Assembly (NCBI GenBank): GCA_950097015.1
Contig: CATNEN010000014.1
Span: forward strand, 1,674,001-1,738,000
Direction: 5' to 3'
Length of the DNA stretch: 64,000 nt
DNA from: Macrostomum hystrix
Taxonomy: Eukaryota > Animalia > Platyhelminthes
A program made the translations under genes and the position numbers. Within the stretch, counting starts at the first letter, position 1; every line of letters begins with the position of its first letter. The notes under the pieces were generated by a model. It ran no database searches, had not been told where the DNA came from, and worked only from the letters and a program-made list of their open reading frames with translations. This document shows, one piece after another, positions 1 to 12,113 of this stretch.

Positions 1-973
1 GCAATCAAAGCTTGAAATAATAGCTTCGCTCCTTGTGCCTGTTCTGCGTTGTGTGAGTTATTTGCGTTGGCGCTGGGGCGTGAGGCCTTGCGGGGTGGCT
101 GGGGGGGACGGGTGTACACCGCCGCGCGCTTTCTGGATTTCCGTCAGCGCGATTGGATAAGTGTACACTCATCACCCGGTCCCCGCTGAGGACTGATTTA
201 TCAGCCTTCCGCCCCGGCTTGGTCTGCTCTGTGCGTGTGGGTGTAGGTGTGGGGGGCACTGCTGCCTATTCTGGGTGCCTCCTGCCCTCCCCAGCTGGTC
301 TGTGCTGCCGTGTGTGGTGCCTGCTCAGGGGAGGCGGTGCGATGGTCGCTAAGCGCCTAGTTCGCCGGTCTGGGGCGTGCCGCTCCGTCGCTTGTGCGAC
401 AAGTGCCCGGGCCCCCCTGCAAATACATAGAGAATGTTTATACATAGCAATTTTGGTTGGGTCTTCGATAAGAATCACTGAATATCTTGACAATGCTAAC
501 TTTGAAAGTAAGCACATCGTAAGGGGTGTAAAATTTAGATCCACATGATGGACTTTCACGAATATCGGCCATTCTGTTTGGGAGCTATCGTGAAGTATAT
601 GAAGTATGCAAAGTATGAAGTATATGCACTGCAACACAGCTGCATTGTATTAGGGAGAAGCGACAGAAAATGAGCAGCCAGAAAAGCTGCCAGTCTCAAG
701 ACATGGACACCAGCATCATAAATATTTTTGCTGATTTTAGCTGTTGGCAAATTAATGATTGGAACATGTGTAGTAAAATACTCGTATCTGTGTTTAAATT
801 AGAGGTGCAAAACAGGAAAGCAAAATAATAATTACACTTTTCGCGAGACCTCGGTACAAACTCTCGATGCTAGCTTGGTTTCTTAGAAACACTTCATTTA
901 CGCTCGTACTATAGACAGGTATATTTAATGCTGTTAATAGGCTAAAATGCAAATAAGCAAATTATCAGTGTCA

Positions 974-2681
974 CTAATCATCGATGCAGTCCCCTAGCAC
1001 ATCGGGGCAGTAGGGCAGGAATCCCGCACAATTGTCCGAGCCGCACAGGCAGGCCAGCATGCGGCGGTGGACGTCAGGAGGGGGCGGCGGCCCGTAGGAG
1101 ATGGTGAGCTCCTCGCCGGGCTGGACGGGCCGTCTAGCGAACAGCGCCAGCCACGGGATCTCGGAGTCGATGCGAACTGGTACCACGGACACGTTGGGCG
1201 AACAGCTGTGGTTAAGGTACCTAGCGGGGTGGCTGGACTCGCTGGCGTCAACGATTGTCAGCTGCTGGCTTTGCTGACCCTCAGCGGACAGCCGCTTTGT
1301 TAACGGCTGGTCATGGAGATCTTCGGCTGACACATAGAGCCGCTTTCGCAGCTGATCTGACTGCTGTTGCTGGCCTGCAGTCAGCTGATCTGACTGCTGT
1401 TGCTGGCCTGCAGTCAGCTGATCTGACTGCTGTTGCTGGCCTGCAGTCAGCCGATCTGACTGCTGTTGCTGGCCTGCAGTCAGCTGATCTGACTGCTGTT
1501 GCTGGCCTGCAGTCAGCTGATCTGACTGCTGTTGCTGGCCTGCAGTCAGCCGATCTGACTGCTGTTGCTGGCCTGCAGTCAGCTGATCTGACTGCTGTTG
1601 CTGGCCTGCAGTCAGCTGATCTGACTGCTGTTGCTGGCCTGCAGTCAGCTGATCTGACTGCTGTTGCTGGCCTGCAGTCAGCTGATCTGACTGCTGTTGC
1701 TGGCCTGCAGTCAGCTGATCTGACTGCTGTTGCTGGCCTGCAGTCAGCTGATCTGACTGCTGTTGCTGGCCTGCAGTCAGCTGATCAGGCTGTTGCTGCT
1801 GACACGTCTGTGCCAGCTCAGCTTGTGTCGACTGCACCATCAGCCGCTCTCGCAGTACGAAAATGAAGTTGCCGCAGCCGGTGCCACGCAGCGCCTCTCT
1901 GCGCAGCATCTCGGTTGGGCTAATGACTTCGCCCGGATAAACGCCCACGAAATCACCTGGCTGGAGGCCGACGCGAGTTCGCGCCCCGAGTCCAGCCGGG
2001 GTGCCAGTGTCAAACACCTCTAATAGGTCGGCGGGCGGGCAGCGGAGGCCTCGTCCGACTGTGCGGTTGCGGCAGACCGACGACAATATCGTCGCGTCCG
2101 CACAGGCGCAGCTGGCGCCGCATTCGCGAACCCTGGGCAGCGGCGCCTGTCTGTGGACAGGTTGGAAGTCGGGTCAGGGAATGTGTGAGGACAAGAAGCA
2201 AAGACTGGGAAGATTGAAGATAAATAATATTCAGCATTTTTAAGGGGGCTGGGGGCACGGACGCATCAATGGCGACTGTCGACTCGCAGCCAGCGAGGGG
2301 CACACAGTGCCCGGGAGTTGGCTCTAGTGAGCATAAATTTCACGACAAGCCCCAAAGCCTTCTCTCCGCGGCTGCGCGTCAAATAAATGTGGCCTGTCGC
2401 CCAGGACTGGAGCTGACAAGCTGTGCGCACCTGTCGTCATCGCACAGGTAGGCCATTCGCAGGCGGCCCGTGTCGCTGCAGTACCAGGAGGAGAAGGCAG
2501 CGCTCAGGCAGGCGCAGGTGTCAGCGCCCGTGCAGCAGTTAGCAACGGCGCCGGAGGAGACCCGGCAGTCGCAGCTGACCCGCAGCTGGACGAAGCGGCT
2601 CCAGTCGGTGGTAGGACCATAGACAACAGGGCACGAGTTGGAATTTGAGCTCGAGTTCGAATCGGCGCTGCTGTCGTGGTC
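974..2681 (-). CDS. SETMAR: SETMAR-type pre-SET/SET/post-SET histone lysine methyltransferase (SET part only, no mariner transposase in this ORF)
   Basis: Exon 2681-2431 (DHDSSADS...SCDCRVSSGAVANCCTGADTCACL, pre-SET cysteines) splices in phase 2 (AG|GTGCGC ... CCACAG|) to exon 2150-974 (ECGASCAC...CRNRTVGRGL; ARYLNHSCSPN..VPVRIDSEIPWLALFA; ELTISYG; post-SET CLCGSDNCAGFLP). These motifs match the SETMAR SET domain as recalled. No in-frame ATG lies at the 5' acceptor. Confidence 0.8.
1351..1800. repeat. 33-bp minisatellite, about 13.5 copies, in frame inside the SET ORF (QQQQSDQLTAG)n
   Basis: Unit ctgatctgactgctgttgctggcctgcagtcag read directly. Confidence 0.97.
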
Positions 2682-3349
2682 CTGAAGGCGATTACAAGGA
2701 CTCCAATCACTACAATTGATTTACTCACTACACTACAATTCCCTAGTGTAAAATGTGCACCTGCACTATCTAGGGTAGAAATTGGGGTGAGTGTGACGGC
2801 ATTCCCAGTCTACGGACTGAACAGCTGTACACACCGTTTGGAAGCGCCGCGCAATAGCTGCGGCTGTGCGGTGTCGGTGCAGGTGCTATTTCTAGTTGTT
2901 TTCTATATTCTACTTTAAAAGGCTTGAAGAAAACTTTGCGATGGATTAGCAAATGAACAGAGTTAAGCAGGCTTTGATATTTATAGCATTTCAAAACTTG
3001 GCAAAATTTACCACAAAATCCGGCGCACCAAAGAGAGCACAAACTGTGCTAGCTACTCACAAGTAGCAAGAATGCATATATTTGTTGAACAGCAGGCTTA
3101 CTATAAGGGAGGGTAAATGAGAAATTTCTATGCAGCTGCGACGAGATTGCAGATAAACGGAGAAAAAAGCACTGGGATCGCACAGGTGCAAAGAAAATAG
3201 CCGTGTGATTTCCTGGTAAAGCGACAACGCCACAGAAAACTCGCCAAATGCATAACAAAAGTGAATATGCTCACTGATACATAGCGGGAGAAACTAAGTT
3301 TAGGAAACCAACGACAGCATAAGCAGCAGCCAGCTCTCGACTGCAGAGT

Positions 3350-4201
3350 CTAAGCCGCCAAACCGCAGCCACCCAGCTGCATCTGGAACACCTCGATGGT
3401 GTCATTGTCCTCCATTTGCAGCGAGCTCGGAGTGTCACTGTCCAGAACGTTGGCGCCATCGAAATAGAACCGGATGGCCTGCAGGAGCGGGAGCGGATTG
3501 GTGGGTCTGGAGATGAACTTCTGAAGATTAACAGGCCGAGATTTGGGATTTGAACTGCTTGGGATCTGAAGATTAACAGGCGAAGATTTGGGATTTGAAC
3601 GGCTTGGGATCTGAAGATTAACAGGCCAAGATTTGGGATTTGAACGGCTTGGGATCTGAAGATTAACAGGCCGAGATTTGGGATTTGAACGGCTTGGGAT
3701 CTGAAGATTAACATGCCAAGATTTGGGATTTGAACGGCTTGGGATCTAAAGATTAACAGGCCGAGATTTGGGATTTGAACGGCTTGGGATCTGAAGATTA
3801 AGAGGCCGAGATTTGGGATCTGAAGATTAACAGGCTGAGATTTGGGATTTGAAGATTAACAGGCCGAGATTTGGGATCTGAAGATTAACAGGCCGAGATT
3901 TGGGATCTGAAGATTAACAGGCCGAGATTTGGGATTTGAAGATTAACAGGACGAGATTTGGGATTTTAAGGGCTGGGGGTCTGAACGGTTTTCGCTCGGC
4001 TTCGGCCCCGCTTACCTGGTCCCTCGTGCCGGTGCGCTGGCAGTAGGCCGCCATGAGCTTGCTAAGCTGGGTGGTTCGCTTGATGAGGAACTGCACCACC
4101 GAGCCGTTCTGGCTCTGCACGCAGACGCTGATTTGATGCGGCGATGGCGTGCCAGAGCCGTCTCCTTCGCTGATTTCGGCGCTGAAGTCCGCGCGAGTCA
4201 T
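3350..4201 (-). CDS. SUMO: SUMO family ubiquitin-like modifier (104 aa, 2 exons)
   Basis: Exon 4201-4016 MTRADF...VQSQNGSVVQFLIKRTTQLSKLMAAYCQRTGTRDQ|gtaagc. Exon 3478-3350 cag|AIRFYFDGANVLDSDTPSSLQMEDNDTIEVFQMQLGG-CGLAA*. SUMO fold motifs and a di-glycine followed by a short propeptide are present. Confidence 0.92.
3520..3965. repeat. Intronic minisatellite, 45-bp units changing to 29-bp units (SUMO intron)
   Basis: Unit gatctgaagattaacaggccgagatttgggatttgaacggcttgg; later copies lack the gaacggcttgg part. Confidence 0.93.
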
Positions 4202-4239
4202 GACAACTAGAGCTGAAACAAACTGACTCATGAGTAATA

Positions 4240-4502
4240 AGACTGTGACCTCCACCCACCTAAGACTGTGACCTCCACCCACCTAAGACTGTGCCCTCCG
4301 CCCACCAAAGCCTGTGACCTCCACCCACCTATGACTGTGACATCCACCACCTAAGACTGTGACATCCACCACCTAAGACTGTGACCTCCAAACTCCTAAG
4401 AATGTGACCTCCAACCTCTCAAGACTGTGACCTCCACCCACCTAAGCCTGTGACCTCCACCCTCATAAGACTGTGACCTCCAACCTCCTAAGACTGTGAC
4501 CT
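4240..4502. repeat. ~23-bp minisatellite upstream of SUMO
   Basis: Unit taagactgtgacctccacccacc with variants. Confidence 0.9.
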
Positions 4503-4987
4503 CGGCCGTCTTTAGTGGGCGGAGTACGATAGAACTATGCTATAAACTAATAACAATACAGTACAGAATCACACATAAGCTAAAGACAAGAAATGTATAG
4601 CCACAAAGAATTTTCTAATTGTATTTTGCAGTTTGTTATTTATTCAACTGACTAAAAATTGAACGCGACGGTTAAAATATTTAGTTTACACAACATGGCG
4701 ATGTTCACTTTTAATTTCAAATTTTAGAAAACATTTTAGTAAAGTTAGCTTTTTTATAAGAACACATGTCTCTGCATTAAAAGACAGAATATCAACTAAT
4801 AAATCATTGAATGACATTGCGAAAACGCGCCAACATGACTACTACTACCAGAGCCAGTAGTACCTTCTGTACATGCAAGCGAATGCCAATGTCCGCAGGG
4901 TTGCGGGCTATGAAACACGGGGATGCTGATAAAAGCTCTTCAAGCCCCGATGATCGATTCAACCAGACCGGACAACGGACCAACCAA

Positions 4988-7054
4988 TCAAACTGCGGAT
5001 TCTTCAGCAGCTGGGGCCGCCTCCTCGGACTGCGGATGCTCCGACTGTTGCTGCTGCTCCTGCTGCTGCTTGAGCTCCTCCTGGTCAGCCTTGCTGAGGA
5101 AGGCCAAGTGCCCCTTGTGGCACGCGTTGGCGTAGTGGCCTTTCTCGCCACACTTGAAGCACGTGACCTCAGAAAGCGGCCTCGGGCCGCCGCCGCCACC
5201 GGCCTCGCTGGCGCCATCGCCTCCAGCAGCTGTCGCCGACGTGCCCGACTGTTGCTGCTGCTGCTGCTGCTGTTGCTGCTGGCGGGAGCGGTTAAAGTTA
5301 TTCCGCTGGTAACCGCCTCCGCCCCGATGGTAGCGGCGATTCCGGTTCATGCCAGCCCGCTGGTACGGATGGTGCTGGCCGCGCTGGTGGTGCTGGTCGC
5401 CATGGTGATGGCGCTGGTGATGATGATGTCGCGTTGTCTGGGAGAAGCCGCGATACCCGGCTGCGGCTGCGGCCGCCTCCATCAGGGCCGGGTTGGCGTG
5501 CGCGTGCGGCTGCTTGAGCTGCGGGTTGAGCAGCGGGTTCGAGGCCTGCTGCTCGGCGGCCTTCCTGGCCACGATTTGGTCCAGCACCTCACGCCGCTCC
5601 TCCTCGGTGAGCTTGAAGCAGAATTGCACCTTGTGACCCCGCTCACCGCAGTGCCTGCACAGCCAGCTGAGTCGGCGCTCCAGGCTGCTCTCCAACTGCA
5701 GCTGGCCCCAGCGGGGGTGTGCGAACTGGCAGTCCGGGCCTTCGGGGCAGAAGCCGTTCAGGTAGTTGACGCAGGCCACTCGGCGCACGTGCCGCATCTT
5801 GCAGGAGGGGCCGTTGCGGCAGAAGCCGCGGTCGTACCACTCGCACTGACGCACCTGGTGTGGGCAATAAAAACGTGTCGTGAACACTTCAGACACCAGT
5901 GCACAGAGCTAGCGGTACAAGCTGGACTAGACCTTGAACAGCACGAGAAACCACGAGCCTGTCACACCCCAGGATTCATGGCCTGTCACACCCAGGATTC
6001 ATGGCCTGTCACACCACAGGATTCATGGTCTGTCACACCACAGGATTCATTGCCTGTCACCCCATAGAATTCATGGCCTGTCACACCACAGGATTCATGG
6101 TCTGTCACCCCATAGAATTCATGGCCTGTCACACCACAGGATTCATGGCCTGTCACACCACAGGATTCATGGCCTGTCACACCCCAGGATTCATGGTCTG
6201 TCACCCCATAGAATTCATGGCCTGTCACACCACAGGATTCATGGCCTGTCACACCCCAGGATTCATGGTCTGTCACCCCATAGAATTCATGGCCTGTCAC
6301 ACCACAGGATTCATAGCCTGTCACACCACAGGATTCATGGCCTGTCACACCACAGGATTCATGGCCTGTCACACCACAGGATTCATGGCCTGTCACACCA
6401 CAGGATTCATGGCCTGTCACACCACAGGATTCATGGCCTGTCACACCCCAGGATTCATGGCCTGTCACACCCCAGGATTCATGGCCTGTCACACCCCAGG
6501 ATTCATGGCCTGTCACACCCCAGGATTTTCCGTCTGTCCTGACTGTCTTCCCTAATTAATTGTCAGTCAAAGCTCTGATTAACTCTCATTCAAACTACAG
6601 TGATCGATAGCCTGTCACAAGCATAATTTATTGCAAATTTATCACACTGGCAGTTAACAAGAAAACAGTGCGCAAACAAATCACAAAGACTCACCTTGGA
6701 GCTGGGGTCGATGTGCTGGAACGGACAGTCCTTGTTGAGGCACTGGCCGAACTTGGTGAAGAAGTAGCACTCGGGCATCTTGGACATGTCAAATTCGTGC
6801 AGGAATTCGCAATCGTCCCCCTTCTTGCACAGGCCGCGCAGCCAGTGCTTGCAGACGACGGTCCGGTCGCCTTTGATGTGCCGAAACGGGCAAGTGGCGC
6901 CCATGTGGCAGCCGCCGCGCAGATAGAAAGTGCAAACTCCACTGCCAGACTTGTCCATGCCTGGGTACGGTAGCGGCTGCAGGCCGATCTGCTCCTCCAG
7001 CTGAGTCTCGATGTAGAACTCGATGTCATTGACCTCGGATATGAGATCCTCCAT
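4988..7054 (-). CDS. CPSF4: Cleavage and polyadenylation specificity factor subunit 4 (CPSF30/Clipper), 2 exons
   Basis: Exon 7054-6695 (MEDL...DKSGSGVC...VCKHWLRGLCKKGDDCEFLHEFDMSKMPECYFFTKFGQC...DPSSK|gtgagt) and exon 5854-4988 (cag|VRQCEWYDRGFCRNGP...), phase 0. Five CCCH fingers and two CCHC knuckles (CRHCGERGHKVQFC, CFKCGEKGHYANAC). Confidence 0.96.
5955..6530. repeat. 24-bp intronic minisatellite (CPSF4 intron)
   Basis: Unit ggattcatggcctgtcacaccaca with ccccatagaattc variants. Confidence 0.95.
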
Positions 7055-10000
7055 GGTTGATGCTGGTGTGCAGAACTGACTCACTGCCTGACAGTGGCTT
7101 GCTGGAGAGCAGTAGAAAAATATTCACAGAGCAGCTGATACTAGCCAACTGTTAATAGGCAAAGCATGTTATTGTTTGGCAAACAGAAAGTTTTAGGTAA
7201 ATTTTAGGTAAACAGTGTCATCTAAAGTTCAGCTGTAGCTATGGATATAGCTATGAGATGTTACGGGTATGTTATGGACTGTAAAGATACATGTCCATCA
7301 AAGCTGCAGACTGTGCAGTGATTAAAGATCTGATTGAAAATTGAGATAAAATCAAATAACATTAACAAAATATTCCAGCTTTGGGGAAGTTAGCAAACTT
7401 TTTTGGTTTTATTTATTTTTCACATGCCCAACTAAGTTTTCTCTTATCTGTGATGTTGCTTTCTCTTATTCATGACTTCCCCCCATCTGTAACATCATTT
7501 TGTCACAAAAGAGAAGAGGTACAGAGAGAAGAAAAAAAAGAAATATGAAGACAAAATAACAGAGAAAGAAGAGAAGAAAACACTGAGTAGAACCTTTAGT
7601 GTACCTTTAACTGCAACTTTGTTTTCTCTCAACTGCAACTTTTTTCTACTTCTCTCTCTTTCTCTGTTTTTCTTTCTCTCATTTGTGCTTTCTTCTTTCC
7701 CTCTTTGTATATTGGTCCCCCTTTGATTTTTTTGCATTTTGTCAGTTGATTTCTACTGACTTACTTTGCTTGGCCCTCATTTACCAAGCCAATTTGGCCA
7801 GGTGAGACACATGCTCTCTTTTAAGGAAAAGTATTTTTGTCTGCCTGTAGATCAAGGGGCAACAAATAAAACAACCACAAACCTGAGCCTCTAGGGTTAG
7901 GCCTATACATTCCCTGGTTTTTTCCTCTATATTTGTACACAGATATCAATAGTTTAAAATGCCAAGAGTTAATGAGATAATCTTTAATTAAAAACAATGT
8001 TTAAATTGAATGCTACCATTTGAATCAACAAGCTTTATCAGTCTATTGTTAAAGGTGTTGCAATGATATTTGTTGATTGTTGATTGTCTGTCAAGCCAAG
8101 AATTATGATTGATAAATGTCTTTTAGAGTAGGCCTATTCTTGTCTTTTGTAAATATAAAATTCTAATTTGAGCAAACTAATAATACTAGGCCTAATAACA
8201 ATATTAAATATAAAATGCACAGAAATTTCAAATTTGAGATAGGCCTACAAAATTATGCTGAAATAAACCAGAGAACAGCGAAAACACAGAATGTCACAAA
8301 AATCCCAATGCCTAGCAGCATTAAATATTAAATAAAGAAACCAACCTCTATAAACCTGTTGAATTCTTAGCAGCAAACATTAAAAACATGGTTTTATTGG
8401 GTTAGGCCCTAGCTAATTCCACAGTAGGCCTAACAAAGGCCTAGGCCTAACAAAGGCCTAGGCCTAATAAATTTGACAAACTAGCTAGGGGGCCTACAAT
8501 TATCAATTAAATAGTAAGGGCAAAACTTTATTTTAAAAAGCTAGAACTACATAGTGGTCATAGGCCCTGGTTAGGTCTTGCAAAAATTGACAGCAAACCT
8601 TGTCCTCGCTAGTTTAGATAAATGAAATAAATATTTTAGCCTAGCACAAATTATTGAAGGTTGGCCTAGCATTCAGAGACGCCACAACAGTAGACCAACA
8701 GAAAGGTCAAAAAAAGTTTATAATAATAGGCCCACTAAGTCTTAATAATAAGAGTAATTCTTAAGAGTAAGATAAAGCAACAAATATCGACTAGGCCTAT
8801 CACTGCACTGAGCGCGTGACATACGAAAAGATTCGCAAGAAAACAGAAAACCTGGAATGCGTCAGTTAAGTTAGGCCTACTGCGTCTTAGATTGCGAGAA
8901 ACATTCTTTTTTTCATCAAGGCTTCTTAATGCTACATTGATTACTAATACATCTGCAGTATAGATTCAAGACAATTTGAATATTTTTTTATGAAATCATT
9001 GGACGATAATTACAAGTTTAAATTTAATATTTAGACACGTGGGTCCATGGGCAGGCAGGCGGGCAGGCACTACCACACGACCATTCGACACAAAATGTTT
9101 AATATGTATTTTATGTAGGCTTATCCGCACGATTTTGCATACTTTCCGCATTGTTTTCAGCATATTCTTTAACACAATTTTAAATGCCATTTCTCAAGTC
9201 AAAGACTATGATAAAGAAGCAAGGCTCATCCATTATTGGATAAAAGTTAAGATAGGCTACTTGCCATCCGGCATCCAGTGAATAGCCTAGTCATTGTGGA
9301 CACCAAAATCTAAATAAAAACTGAATAGTGTTATATACAGAAATTAGGCCAACATGTATGGATTGTGATTATCAATTCGATTATTGAGTATCAACATTGT
9401 TATTTACTGAAAGTGTTATGCTTCTTGCTTTCAATTTATTTACTCTTGATTTTATATAGGCCTAATAAATAGCTAAATTGGGTCCCAGGTCCCTATAGAA
9501 AAAATGCCTTTATGTAGAAATCTGTCCAGTGCATTTTCATAATGTCTGCTTTGTGCAGCATACAATAAGGCATTGACATAGCATATGTGAAGCACCCCAG
9601 CACAGCCGATTGTGGTGTGGCAAGAAAGGTGAAGCAGGGCTTGGTATGATCATGCTCTTTTGAGCAAATTTTTACAATAGGGGCCTACCTGGTGCATGTT
9701 GGGATATCTGTGAACTTGGTGAAAAAAGTTCTAATAGAATATCTAGCCAGGACTATTTTCAACATCCATGCCTAGACTTTGTATATACTTGTAGCAAAAG
9801 TCCTTTTATGGGTGATTTCCAACATACAAAGCATTTTTAAAGATATTGTGCACTAGGGCCTAACAATAATTGAGCTGTGGAAAGCATGCATATAGTTGTA
9901 TGGGATAAAAATAGGCTTATTAGTATTTTAGCAGGCCCAAAGATGAAATTTTGATTAGCTATAGTCAAACATGAGTATGAAATGTTAATGATTAGAACAT

Positions 10001-10469
10001 AGGCCTCCTATGTTATGCAATGAATCCTACAATCATGTGTTTAAATGAAACTAAAAGCAGACTCAACTGGTTGTCTATTGATAGAAATAATCTACAAAGT
10101 ATAAAATAAAGCCTTTGTTGCAATCGTATGTGATTAAATCACTTAGATGCTTATAGAGCCAAATAGCCCTATTGAGTAGGCCTATTGGTTTCAACTATAA
10201 AGTATTGTTTCTTAGGGGCATAACCTATTTAAACTAGATCATTATAGATTGACAATTCACTCTGAACCAGACCCTTAGTCTTAATATTGCTAGGCCTAGG
10301 CCTAATCCAACTTATTATTTTATTACCTGTGTTTTCTGTGTTGTATTTATTTTCTTTAAGAATAAGAATCATTTTGATTATACCTGCCCCAATCGGGTCA
10401 GATGTGCAGCCAACAACACAGCCACAGCTATTGGGTGGCTCATCTGAAGGCTACAAACGGCTGTTCAGT

Positions 10470-10660
10470 CCATAGACTGGGGGACGCCACACCACCTTCA
10501 ATTATCCGAGCTAATGCTGGTACCCATTTAACAGCTGGTTGAACTGAAGCACTGTAGAGTTAAGTGTCTTGCTAAAGGACACAAATTGTTCCAGTGGAGT
10601 CAGGAATCGAACCCCCGACCTTCAAGTTGTGAGTCCAATGCCCTAACCACTAGACTACAT
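10470..10660 (-). mobile_element. tRNA-derived SINE copy
   Basis: The minus strand reads gtagtctagtggttagggc (A box), ggttcgattcc (B box), then tgtgtcctttagcaagacacttaac and ccagctgttaaatgggtacc, resembling conserved metazoan SINE core segments as recalled. Confidence 0.7.
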
Positions 10661-12113
10661 AATATCTTACTTAGTTATTATCTTTACTAAAGCCTGCTTA
10701 TCACAGTGTTTTCTAAATCTTTATAGAATATGTCTATAGCTAGCTAATTAACAACTTAATATCACTTACAAAAATAATGTAAGTTGTCTATCCTTATTAA
10801 ATAAGATTTAAAAAATCTGCAGAAATGTACTTTAAAATCAAGTGCAAATCATATTGGTGCACTTTTGTGGCATTTCGCAGATAGTATCTATTTTGTCAGC
10901 CTGTAATACCTGTATAATAGTCAAGCTCAGGGACCTTGGCACATGTGGCAAACATGCTAGCTGACCCTACCACCCATTAACTACTTAGTTATGGCTCAGG
11001 CAAGATGCTTGATTTGATGCAAGATCCATGACAGATTTTCTAAATTCCACAAGCCATTTATACATTGTTGACCTTAACATTCCAATTGAGTTCACTATTT
11101 AAACTGGTTTGAATGTTTTGTACTTTTGTTGCTATACTTATGGCAATGTTCATTTTTGGTTTTGCACACTTCATACCTACACATAGCTATAGCTGTCAAC
11201 TGCCTGGTACCAGAGGCAAAGCTATACTAAAGTTAAAGCTGAGTTTAACTTCAATACATAACACTGGCATTCTGCTACAAGTTCAATTGTTGCTGCTGCA
11301 CCCAGAACCAGGTGCCATTGTGGAGCACTGGTAGATTCTTGTAGAATCATTGTGCACAGGTCACATGAGCTGCTTATTTCTAATGTGAGTCAAAGCATTC
11401 TGGCCAACAGCCTGCTATCAGTAGAGTTGTATGCAAATGAGTTGTTTTGCGTGCAGTCAAACCATTATTTTCACTTTTTCGCAAGCTTTAAAGCACGCCT
11501 CTAAATTTTCAGACGGTAATGTGTCTTGGATCGTCGAAAATTTAGCAGAACAATTTTCGTCGAATCATTTTAACACTAAGCAAAGTCTAGTGACGTATTT
11601 AAGAACACTTTGCATTTTGTTGAAGAACTGACTTCTTACAGCTTGAATGTGCTCAGACAAATCTCAATTGCCTCTCTCCAGACACTTACATGAGTTTTTT
11701 AAAGCCAAGTGCCAATTATGTCACTTCATTACACTACAAAATAAAGTAGACAATGACCTTGGGTTATTGTTCAGTGCCCAACGTTGAGATTGCTGGTGCT
11801 GGGAGATAAGGTGGGTGTGAAGGCTTTGCTGATTACACTTAAACGTGTTTTCTCTGCGCCCACACGCTCGTAAGTATGACCGCGACTTCAGCTTGATAAG
11901 AATGGAGGGAGGGCTGCTGCTTGAGCTCTGTTTAAATTTAAATCTATCCCAAACCACCGGCTGGCTGTACTCGAAGTGTTCTCTGGTGCGCTTGCTTTGG
12001 CAAGAGAAGTTAAAGAAAACTCTTAGTGAGTGCCTTTTTTCTTGCTCAGCGGAGCAGGCGTTGAAGGACGGACCCAGGCTTGGCCCCGTAGGAGCTTGCA
12101 GGTTGGCACTCTC

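Noticed and set aside
1-640. ORFs at the left edge
   Set aside because: Overlapping short frames with no motifs; the region cannot be assigned.
4988-5700. Two CCHC knuckles in CPSF4 as a novelty
   Set aside because: Two knuckles are already known in Drosophila Clipper.
4811-6067. 418-aa plus-strand ORF
   Set aside because: Antisense shadow of GC/CAG-rich CPSF4 exon 2 running into a repeat; it has no independent motifs.
5934-6555. Repetitive ORFs (HHRIHGLS, TGHESCGV, MACHTTGF)
   Set aside because: Translations of the 24-bp intronic minisatellite.
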